DNA of 64,000 bases from Convolutriloba macropyga (lineage: Eukaryota). The position numbers and the translations under genes were made by a program. Of the stretch, positions 53,391-64,000 are shown one piece after another (the stretch's first letter is position 1; each line of letters begins with the position of its first letter). The notes below the pieces were generated by a model, which was not told where the DNA came from, did not search any database, and was given only the letters and a program-made list of their open reading frames with translations. The stretch is from contig NC_134477.1 in NCBI RefSeq assembly GCF_964194025.1, forward strand, positions 1,612,001 through 1,676,000, written 5' to 3'.

Positions 53391-55283
53391 TGGCCTTTTT
53401 CTCACCAAATTTTTCTTTCAAAGTAGTTAAATTGCTTTTACTTGCTATTAGAAAACTAAAACTAGTCAAAGTTTATCAATCGAGGTGTTATAGTAACAGA
53501 AAACAGGTTTTTGGGGGACAAATTTCAATTTTTTGTGGCTTTTTGTTGACAAAGTTAGAGATTTTTGGCTCGACCTAACCGGGGAACTGGACATCAGAGG
53601 TGGCGTCTGAGACCTCGGGCGGACTTCTGCTGGTGACGTCTGAAAGCAGTAAAAAAACTAGAACCTCTTGTAAAGGGTGACGTCTGGAACCCAACTTCCA
53701 AAAAAAAATTGTCCTTGGTGACATCTGATTCCAGTAAAAAATCCATGCAGGAGATCGTTGTCTGCTCTTGTGACAACCAAGTAATCGTAACGTCTGTAAT
53801 TGTAACATCAGAAGGTTGAATGTCGGTTAGTTACCATTAATATGTAGTGAAAAACATATTTCTGGCATTGAAAAAGTCAAATTCAGATGTTTTGTTCCCA
53901 TGTTTTTTGGTAACTGACAGTTAGCAATGTGGGACATAAATTCAAGTTTTTTGCGGCAAATCATCTTAACTTCCGTATTTAGCCATCTTGAAGTTGCATC
54001 CGCAACAGTTTTCCTTGCGTTTTCTTCTAAACCTTGTCAAAAATATTTTTGAGGGACCATTGAAATTCTGATATGAGAGAAGTTTTTCGAAGCGTCTAAT
54101 TTGTCGTTGAGTGGCTCGCGATAAAAATATTTTGAATTGAGAGTTAATGTTTCGTGGGTTAAATCCACATTTTTTTTCTACAATTGTCGAATGTCTATTT
54201 TATAGATCTTTCTGTATGATTTTGTTGGGAATTTTATTGATCTCAAAAAAAATTCATGACGTTATGTTAGTCATACCGATTTTCTCAATAGAGCATGGTT
54301 GCAATGTTTGGTTGCTTTCCGCTCAATTTATTCCCAGAAGTTCAAATTTTGAGTTTTTTGTTAACGTGGAGCATATTGACATTTACTTTTTTATATGTAA
54401 TGAAAGATCTGATTTCTTCTTATGAAGCATATTGAAGTCTGACTGATTACAGTTTAAAGGTAACGGGTTTAAAAAAAATTTGGAACGATTTATTTTCAAA
54501 AAACTGTTCGTGATTAACTCCATCTTGACTACACTTGATATTTGTCTTACTTTGTGCCTATTCGGCGTTGATAAAGAATTAATATACTTTCTCGTATCGC
54601 AAGAGTACTTGTTTTGAAACATTTTTTCACAGTTTTGTTTCCAAATTGATTTCATAACAGTAAAAAAATGTAATCAAAGTTCGCCACAAATTTTCAGGAA
54701 AAAATGGTATTTGTTGCTGATACCATGCTATTATCGAGATCCTTTACTCACCTACTACCATTCTTTTTTTCAAGAGAAAGATTTTGCAATTTTTTTATCC
54801 TATTTGTCATCATGTGTATGAAAGATTATGTGCCTTGTTGACCGTCAGTTTAATGAATGTTTGATACACAATAATCAGGCCCTTTTAATTAAAGAATTGA
54901 TTTAAATTTCAGGGCTTGTTCAGTAATGAGTAATGTTTTTTTTATTTAACCGTCAGAGTTTATGTATTGTTCCAGTGAAACTCTTCAGTCTAAACTTTCA
55001 GCACCTCTCCTTTTTAACCAATTAGAGTTCATTTGTTTACCCGGAGTTTGGTGGGAGCAGACAGTCAGTAGACTGTCTACTCCCACCAAACTGTCTTTTT
55101 CGTCTGGTTGGCCAGTACACTGTTTTTGTCACAATTTACACTAACTAGTTTTGATTTTTAGTACATTTTAGAGCTTAAAACGTAATATGTTTAGTTTAGC
55201 TCCAGCCACCAATGTCTGTTTTATATGCTAATCAAAATTCGGCGTGGGCACTTGAATAGTATAAGTAAATGACTAGTGATATA

Positions 55284-55972
55284 CTAGGGGGGGGGGTCAC
55301 GCACTGTAGAAAAACGACCCCCTCTAAATCGTTACATTTCGCCACTAAATTTCTTCAGAAAAGCCCTTGGGCGCGATGCGTCAATATATGAAGACAAAAT
55401 CAGTGCAATTTTGAAAAAAAAATTTGTCCCTCATATGAGGGTGGACAAACACAAAAACATTCTTTTCAAAAATTGAAATTTTGGTCCCATAGGGGACAAT
55501 AACTTTGAATGGGGACTCTAAATTTTTTGAAAATTAAGGTCGATAAAATTTTTGTCCGTTTTTTGACTTTAATCAATGTGAAATGTTGTGAAACATGTTT
55601 TGTGAGTGAAAAAAGTTGTCGGAAACACTTTTTTCGGAAATTGAAATTTTTGTCCCATAGGGGGACAAGAACTGAAAAATGGGGTCGAAAAAATTTTTGT
55701 CCATTTTTTGGTCTAAATCAATGTGAAATGTTATGAAACATGTTTTGTGAGTAAAAAAGTTGTCGGAAACTTTTTTCAAAAATTGAAATTTTGATCCCAT
55801 AAAGGGAAAAGAACTTTTAAATTTCTTAGGAAAATGGGGTCCAAAAGATTGCAACGCTATTTCACTTTTAATCAATGAGAAGTTGTGAACACTAGTTTGG
55901 TGTTATAAACACCATTATTCATCTCACCGCCACTTCCCAAACACTCCGCTAAACATCAGCCAATTACAATCA

Positions 55973-56010
<38 letters not shown>

Positions 56011-56250
56011 ACACACACACACACAGAACCACGCATGCACAAACACACACGCAAACACCCAAACACACACACACACACGCGCCACGCACCTACACCAACC
56101 ACACCCAAACACAACCCCCAAAACATCAGAGATCTCTAATTGTTTATAAAGTTCCAGCCAATCAGATTTTTCTAAGTAAAACAATTCAAATGCAGTACAT
56201 ATATGCATACAAAAAATTTCTATAAACTTACGTGAAAAGATTGATCCAGA
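55284..56250 (-). mobile_element. Probable non-autonomous Helitron 3' portion
   Basis: Minus strand GGGGGTC-(loop)-GACCCCC hairpin followed by CTAG|T at 55284-55287. Internal ~140-170 bp tandem repeats and a CA microsatellite lie upstream. The 5' end was not found. Confidence 0.5.
55971..56120. repeat. Imperfect (CA)n microsatellite
   Basis: Read directly from the sequence. Confidence 0.95.
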
Positions 56251-56639
56251 GNNNNNNNNNNNNNNNNNNNNNNNNNNNNNNNNNNNNNNNNNNNNNNNNN
56301 NNNNNNNNNNNNNNNNNNNNNNNNNNNNNNNNNNNNNNNNNNNNNNNNNNNNNNNNNNNNNNNNNNNNNNNNNNNNNNNNNNNNNNNNNNNNNNNNNNNN
56401 NNNNNNNNNNNNNNNNNNNNNNNNNNNNNNNNNNNNNNNNNNNNNNNNNNNTGACGAAAAGAACAACAAACTGAAAAAATTGAAATATCCTGAAAACTCT
56501 TGAAATTGTTAAGTATACTAAACTTTAAGACTTTTCGCTATAAACTGACTGGTTTGGGTAAAATCATTGGTTCAAACCTCGATTACAAGCTTATGAAACC
56601 GGTCAGCATTTTACGGCTACCTAAAGAATAAAAAAAACA

Positions 56640-57930
56640 GGCAAAATTAGCAAATTAAAAAATAAAATAAGCGAGAAAAATGTCAAGGCCATTAAAAATG
56701 AACTTTTCAGTAAAATTTGTTTACTTTCAATTAATTTTGTAGCGCCAATGGGATAGTATTTTTAAACAATTTGACTCCAATAAATCAACAAACATGAAAT
56801 ATCTTAAAACCACGAAATTTTAGAGAAAACCCGTAGTCTCAACGCCATTAAATTCAATAGCTCTCAAAGGAAGCTAACAAATACGCTAGGTTACAGATCA
56901 AAGAGACAACAAAAATGCTTTTCATTCACAAGTCATCGATAGACTTCACAATAAATCATTGACAATGAAGTTAACAACACCCAATACAGGCAAAATTAAA
57001 AAATTAAGTAGAGAAGTGTGAGAAGAAAGTGTCGAAGCTATTTAAACCATGTTTTTCTGTGAAAACTTTACGTATGACACATTGAAGATCTTCTCTAAGC
57101 CAAAGTAACTATCAATATTAGGATGATGGGTTAAGATTCCAAAAGGAACCGAAATTGAAAAAAAGTCCAGAAATTTTTTTTTTAAAATTTTGAAAACTCG
57201 TGCATCGAAGTGATAACACCAATAGCTGGAACACAAAACCTCTAACTAAAAGTTTTTTGATTCAATTAAAACGGAAGGGGATCCGGTAATTACTGAGACA
57301 GACATACAGTTCAGGAAAATATGCTTAAGGCCGGTTGATGTTAAATAAATTTCTCGAAAAATCTTTTTTAAAGTCTCAACAGCCATTAAATTCAATAGCT
57401 TTCAACGGAAGTCAATAAATATGCTCACTTATGACTCGATTGGAGGAAAACACTACTTGTAAGACATTGGTTTCCAATAAGACATCACAATAAGTCTATG
57501 ACTATGGAAACAACAACAAATACAGACAAATCCAAAAATTCAATAGGAAATTGCGAGAAGAAAGTGTCGAAGCCATTTAAACTGTAAACTTTTCGCGGAA
57601 AACTTTATCTATGATCCATTGAAATTGTTCTCCGAGCCAATGAGAGATATCAATATCAGGATAATGTGATAAGATTTCAAGAGCAACCAATATTACGAAC
57701 ATATCCGAAAAATTTTTTGAAAAATTTTTAAGTCTTGTTGCATTGAAGTCATATAACAATTAGTTAGAAGAAAAAACTTTTAGCCATACTAATTTTAGTT
57801 GCAGTAGAAAGAAAGGTGGTCCTCTTTTTACTGAGACTGAATTACAATTCACGAAAACAAGTTTATGATCAGTAAATGTTAAACAAAAATTCGCGAAAAA
57901 CTAGTTTTAACTTCTTAAAAGCCATTAGCA
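56640..57930. repeat. Degenerate ~535-bp tandem repeat (~2.5 copies)
   Basis: GAGAAGAAAGTGTCGAAGC.ATTTAAAC at ~57019 and ~57554; GCCATTAAATTCAATAGCT at ~56844 and ~57382. Confidence 0.75.
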
Positions 57931-60445
57931 GCTGTCCACTCAAAGCTCTAGATAGGTTCACTTAGTGCTCATTTCGGAAACTATTCGAATTTTTGTCAAC
58001 AAGTCTATGCCATAGGACTCCAAAAGTTTAGTAAAACGTCAAAAAGAAAATCAAAATTTCATTTAAAATTACGAAAATTAAGAGTCGAAGCCAAAGAAAA
58101 AAAACACGATTGATTCCTTATAACGAATTTTTGTTCTTTGGGCTTCCTTAGACTGTTATTCAGGTTGTAATTAACGGAACCTCGATTTGAAAAGTTATCA
58201 GTCTCCCGGTGACTTGAGAAAACAAAGAAAAATATTAAAAATTTTAAAAAAAGAGCTCTCAAATAGAATTCGAATTTTTTTGGTAGTACACTTCCCTATG
58301 AGACCAGAATTAGTCTTTTTATCGCCCTTCGTTTGTCTATTAGGAATTCAAAATTGATTCATTTTGTGGCGTGAAATGGAATTTTGAATTATTATTTTTA
58401 TTAAAATGTCTTAATTTGAAAAGTCAATCCTCGATAACTCCTCGAAAAAAATGAAATTCAAAAAAAAACTTTAGCTTCCATATCTACGCTGGACAAGCTT
58501 TTTAAAGATACCACTCTACTTTCTCTACGATGAATATAGCGATCGACCAAAATTGACTGAACAAAAAAACCCATTTGAGTATATAGTTCCTCCCCCAACA
58601 AGTGGGGTCGGAACAAAAATTTTGGTGAGGAAAAAATTGCGGTACAGCGGCTGCCTCTTTTATCGATTATTACAGTAAAAGTAGAAAACTTTTGATAGAT
58701 TTATGATTTTAAGAGTTTCATTTTTCACAGCATTCACTGAGTTTATGCGTTTCATTCACAGCATATCTATGAATGTATTGCCGTTTATTGCGAGATGTCT
58801 TGTTGATTGATTTTGCGGTATGTGCTATCTGATATTAATAGCTGCTTCGGAAAGCGCGGTATCACTTTCGGAAAATAATTTTTATCTGGCATTTCAAAAT
58901 TTTATAGTATACGCGAATTATCCTGCTTTTCTAGCAAATTATCAATCCAAAACTTTGGATGTCTGTTCTTTGAAGTATTCAGTATCTTTCACCAGACGAT
59001 TTTTTGTCTCTTTCCGGAAAGTAACAGTCTGTTTCTGCAGTTCGTACTGTGCCAAATTGTTTTCTAGAGATTTCTTGATTCTATCCTTCTCATTTATTTT
59101 TTCACTGGTTTCTAGCAGTTCACAATTAGTTCCTCTTTGTTACATTTTGCAAGGACTTTTTTGAAAACATGATGATATTGTATTGCTTTTAGTAGTTAAA
59201 TAATAAACAAAATTACAGCATCATTTTTTAAAAAGTTGGGGGGTAATTGTACCTGAAATAGAAATAAATATTATGTGATGTAAATGGTTTGGTCTCACCC
59301 GATGACGAGATGGAATACAGCCCAATGATAACTAGAATACCCAGTAGTAATATACTATAGCTTGAAAAAAAAAGAAGTTTTTCACTCCATATATTTATTG
59401 TTGAGTACGGCTTGGACGTTCATTATTTTTTAGTGCTCAGAAAGGATTACACAAAATTTATTAATTCAGGTTCAAAATTTAAACGCAGCTGACTTCTGAC
59501 TTCTCATATGCTTCTCATTGCTGACTTCACCTGGTGTCAGTATGTGTCAGTAATCTTACAAAATCTTATAATATATAACCTTCATTTGCCAATTCAACCC
59601 ATGAGGGGTTCTGGGGAAAAATTGGAATTCGGATTTTTTTTTCTAGAAATTGGATTGAACAATTTCTTATAAAGAATTGGTTAATGGGTTTTGAGATGAT
59701 ATTGATATTTTGCACAATTTAGCAGTAGTGATTTTACTCAGCGTACTGAAATGTGGTTCCTATTTAAAAACAAAACTTAATGTTACGCGGATTAAGTTCT
59801 GTTCATTAACTGAGTTTTTTTGTGTTCCAATTTAAAAATGGTGCGCTAAAAACTACATAGAAAAGAACTCATATATTTTCAACCCCTCCAAATCTTAGAA
59901 GATAGACGCTTAACGTATTTCTTCGAAGATCTTACAAGACAATCTCTATTTCTAATTTTTCGTGTCTTTGCCTAAGAGTCATTAATCTACCATAGTCATA
60001 CAACAAAATCAGAGTTTGTCTCGACTACGAGTTTAAAAAACGTCATTATCGTTCTGCATTTCGCAGTTTCAAATTTGATTTGAACTAAAATACGTTTTTT
60101 CTCCTCCTCTGTGAATAAAACAGTTTTCTCTTTCAGAATTGATGAAGAGACATATCATTTAACCGAAACCCAAAGAAGACTAAAAATTTGATTAAAATAT
60201 TAAAAATTTAGAGACGTTTTTCAAGTGATTGTGAAATGCACCGTGTCTAATTATCATTTTGAGTTTGAATTTGATCATTTAAATTTTCAAGTTGTCCCAA
60301 AACTGAATCCTATTTTGTTGATGTTCTGATTGGCTGTTAGTATCTGCTGCTGTATACTGTTTGATTTAAAGTGTCAGATTCGATTTCTTGATTGTTAGTT
60401 TTTGCTGTTGGTTTGACTGTTTATTTTTGTATTTATTTGTTTGTT

Positions 60446-60532
60446 CTACTCGTAGAGGGGCAAGATGGCTGTGCCTGGGTTGACAAATCTCTCTTTCTTC
60501 AGCTGAGTTGCCTTCACAACATCATCTGTGGC
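60446..60532 (-). CDS. Terminal coding exon of an unidentified host gene (ATDDVVKATQLKKERFVNPGTAILPLYE*)
   Basis: Acceptor TCTTTTAG|GCC, 87 nt in phase 0, TAG stop, AATAAA just downstream. In frame with exon 61982-62035. Confidence 0.75.
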   Translation of the reverse strand, partial: ATDDVVKATQLKKERFVNPGTAILPLYE

Positions 60533-60859
60533 CTAAAAGACACACAAAAATGATTTTGTACACTTGACTGAATTGAAGAAAAACGATGTTCAAGTTTTTA
60601 GAGGGTTTAATTCCAAGTGATTAACAAGAACATCATTAAAACATTAATATTATTCTGCTAGCGATTGTCGTGCTTTTTTGTCAAAGAAAATGTTATTTGT
60701 CAAATTAATTCATAGGCCTAGTTCTGTGGCATATAAAAACAAAATGAGAATCGTGTAATAAACTTAACATGTTGTCAATATAAACAGTCAATTTTTAGTA
60801 GTCTATTTTATTTATTAGGAGTCTATAATGAGGTTTATATAGAATATAAAATGCCTCTT

Positions 60860-61600
60860 TATAGATTTTTTAAAGAGGCTTTTTTAGAACAATCGAGATC
60901 TTCAATTTCACACATGATTTCTGTCCGATCACAGTAAAAGTCAAATTTCAATCTGTCAGGTACAATATCATGATCAGATCTACAAAGTTTTTCAGAATTT
61001 GTCATACTCATAAACGCGTTTGAATGGACTATGCATATGACTGTGTATATGCACTGCTTCAAAAATGAGGATTCCAGTTAGTATGTGAATGTAAAGATTC
61101 AGCTCTGAAATGTCCTGGGGATAGGGCCCGGGTAGACTATCGTATCAAGAATGTTTAGTAAGTTAGCACCTAGTTTCAGCGGTAAATTTAATCCAACGGT
61201 TATAAATTAAGTTCAGTGGTTCACAAAATTGGACGTGGCCATACTTGGAATTAGAACAGGCGGTATCGGGGTCTGCTATGTCGAGGTTTGCTAGGCAATG
61301 CATTTGGGTACGACGCTGTTTAAGCAATTATTGTTCTTTTAAAATTGACTAGGGTATGAAAGAAACTCCTTGGTAAGATAACGCAGACTCAACAATGGGT
61401 TTTAAACAGTCCAAATTGAAACGCGATTGTGTGGTCTCATCTGCAGCTCCATCCAAAGTTTTCTTTTTTAAAGAAATGGTCTGTACCAAAAGATGAATTT
61501 CTGTTGAGATATTTGTTAAACACTGTCGAGTTTCATAACCGTCGTCTGACAATTCATATTTTTCTTTGTGAAACATAAAAATCGCTTGCAGGACTACGAA
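60860..61600 (-). mobile_element. Possible old LINE fragment (endonuclease end) in the host intron
   Basis: Broken reading frames with LCRSDHDIV, resembling the APE-endonuclease SDH motif. Confidence 0.3.
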
Positions 61601-61981
61601 TATAATAAAGTTGAAATTTTATAATTGATGCTGTGATAGCGTTTTGGTATAACAAACAGCTTTGAGGAATAATTCAGTCTTCTAGGATGTTAAATGAATC
61701 AAATCATAGCCTTGTTTGGACAACTAGGGTGCATTTGAAATGAGAGATAGTAGTATAAGTGGAAATAGAGAGAAAGGATGATTGATACCTTTGAGATCTG
61801 AGGTCTGACCAGTGTCTCAATCTGTTCATCCCTGTGTTCCCCTGCCTCCTTCAGTTCATTCACACCCTACACAATACACACACACGCATGAGCAAATAAA
61901 CAAACAAACACACAAATTTAAAATGGACTGTAACAATTTAGTGTGAATAAATATGATGATGAAAGTGATGATTAAGAGTAC

Positions 61982-62035
61982 CTTTTCCATCTTTTCCACT
62001 GCAATTGCACTCTCGGTGTCATAAGTGTCCTCAAT
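61982..62035 (-). CDS. Internal exon of the same host gene (IEDTYDTESAIAVEKMEK)
   Basis: Acceptor TGTTTCAG|ATT, donor AAG|GTACTC, 54 nt, phase 0 at both ends, no stops. Confidence 0.72.
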
Positions 62036-62942
62036 CTGAAACAGAAATTACTAAGAATTCTTTTGTCAATCAGACAAAACAACAGTTTAACATCTCGATC
62101 TACAACCTCTCTCGTGAGGTCGAGACATCGATATCTCTAGTCAATTAAAAAAGTTCTCTTTGAAAGGTTTTTTTTGCAGAATCGACTTGAAGATGCATCG
62201 TCTAAATTATCTTCTCCCAAAGTCTTTCAATATTTCACACGATAACCATCTCTTTTTTCGCAAGATCTTTCAAGACAACTTTTTTTCTTACAAATATCAG
62301 TTTATAGGCGTAAATTCTAAATGGATCAGGCTTGCGCTCAATTACTATCCAATATCGATAATTCGTCTGTTGAATTTGTGGATGATCTGGATGATTTTGA
62401 TAAAAGGGCACTATTAATATTGTGTGAAGTGAAACAGTTAACACTATGAAACCCCAAATATTATAGTACAAGGATCTTCAATTTTTGTTATGTCAAAAAC
62501 GCGAAAGGCAAAAAGATTGTTCTCCTAGCCAAACCCTTTGATTTAAAGATAAACAAAAACAAACAAATCTGTTTCTTTCACTTATCAGTTATTTGACAAC
62601 ACAGTTTTCCAGTTGCACAACGTGAACAAAAACTTAACATTGTGATGATTAACAACAGTTGCATGGAGATATTTTGGAGATATTTAATGTATCAGTTTGT
62701 TTTCACAATTTCTTTTGAAGAAAAATGAAAAAAATAGGTGGCATATAATCTCCGTTTGCTACGATAAATACACTAAAATTTCTCAAACACCTGACGAAAA
62801 AAAATACCAGTTCAATTCAAAGAATATTAGTATTTCTAATGATTCAGGATCTTCTAGAAAAAAGCAGCTTAGAAATTGATCAATACACCAGCTTTATAAC
62901 AAGTTTAAAATAAATTAAAAAATATTTCCAGGGAAATGATTG

Positions 62943-63120
62943 TCTCAGCAAACATAATTTGCGGCTCTAGACAAGTGAGGATAGAATCTTTCAGGATCTT
63001 GCATTATTCTTGCAAATAGCGTTTATCTTACAAGATCTTGCAATATTCCTGCAAACAACCCCAATCTTGCAAGATGCAAGATCCGGACGCTTATCTTGCA
63101 ATAATTTTGCAAGATAGGCG
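62943..63120. mobile_element. Possible end of another EnSpm-like element with TCTTGCAAGA subterminal repeats
   Basis: CTCAGCAAACA resembles CCCAGCAAAC-type termini and is followed by a cluster of ATCTTGCA/TGCAAGAT motifs. No partner TIR was found. Confidence 0.4.
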
Positions 63121-64000
63121 TCGAAAATGCTGAGAAAAAGGAGCAATTTTAAACACTGATTAACTCAAAGATCATGTTCTTCTTGTTCAAAACAGAAACT
63201 TTCATATCATTTCTGCCTTCAGAAATGTATATGAAAAACTTATTTCCTTGAAAACTGTTAATGATGGTTTCCATGTTTGATTCTGTACAAACATTTTGTA
63301 ATAACAAAACTGCTGAAATTCAATTTTTGTTGTTTCCTTGAGCCAGGTTGCTGACAGTTAGAAATTCTTATTAAAATCATTTGCAGTGCCCATTAGGTGA
63401 TGTAATAATTTTCTTCCAAATAATTCCTTCTGCCATAACCTTTTCAAATCTATTGAATATTTAACTCAGCTTTTTAAAAAGTTTGATTTTTTTTCTGTGT
63501 AAGAACTTATATTAATCGAAGTTTTTTAAAAAAACGTTTTCTCACATTTTTTTTGTTTGTAAAAATAGTTTTTTTTAATAACGATAATAGCAAACAAATA
63601 AATAGTTGTTTAAAGTAACGAAGGAAGCAAGCATTTCGAAAATGAACAAAAGAGTTTCAGATTTTATGACTAATCAATGATGTGCGCACTCTTGAAAAGA
63701 TATCCCTTTAAACTATATATTTGAAATAGAGACTAGGTGTTTGTCTTTGATTCAAAACAATTTTTGAGACAATTTTGTTTTTGACAAAAACTGCTTCGAC
63801 AACTGAATTGCTGGCATTGTAGAGCAAATCAGATATTTTTGATCATGAAACAAGGTCATCCTCATCATCATAAACCGTAGACAGTTGTTTGAACCATTGT
63901 TAAAAAGACCAAGAACGAAAATTCTTCATTCTTTAGAATTCCAATTTAGAAGAATTTTATGCCTTTCTAATTTTCGCTCGTTTGTTCCAGCTTAGTTGGC

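Overview
AT-rich, repeat-dense eukaryotic DNA, probably from an invertebrate animal, in a draft assembly with four N gaps (189-502, 7258-7791, 11244-11800, 56252-56451). No prokaryotic genes, rRNA/tRNA genes or CRISPR arrays were seen. From left to right: (1) a full-length but disrupted Mag/SURL-type Ty3/Gypsy LTR retrotransposon on the minus strand (~488-7277), with a tRNA-Ser PBS, a PPT and ~99% identical LTRs; (2) a probable first exon of a secreted-protein gene; (3) EnSpm/CACTA-like non-autonomous elements; (4) a degenerate ~170-bp satellite (~16.0-25.8 kb) interrupted by an L2/CR1-like LINE end; (5) a ~2.8-kb tandem array (27.7-40.7 kb) built from the interior of a decayed, intron-rich plus-strand gene that continues to ~41.8 kb and shows tyrosine-recombinase-like motifs; (6) a 3'-truncated BEL/Pao gag-protease, partly inside a 3.6-kb tandem duplication; (7) a 1.78-kb duplication, ~175-bp and ~535-bp tandem repeats and a probable Helitron 3' end; (8) the last two coding exons of an unidentified host gene. 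The best leads are the putative intron-containing tyrosine recombinase, a candidate internal promoter (CCAAT-CRE-CCAAT-Inr) inside Gypsy pol upstream of an extended integrase, and several templated-insertion repair scars. All alignments and translations were done by eye.
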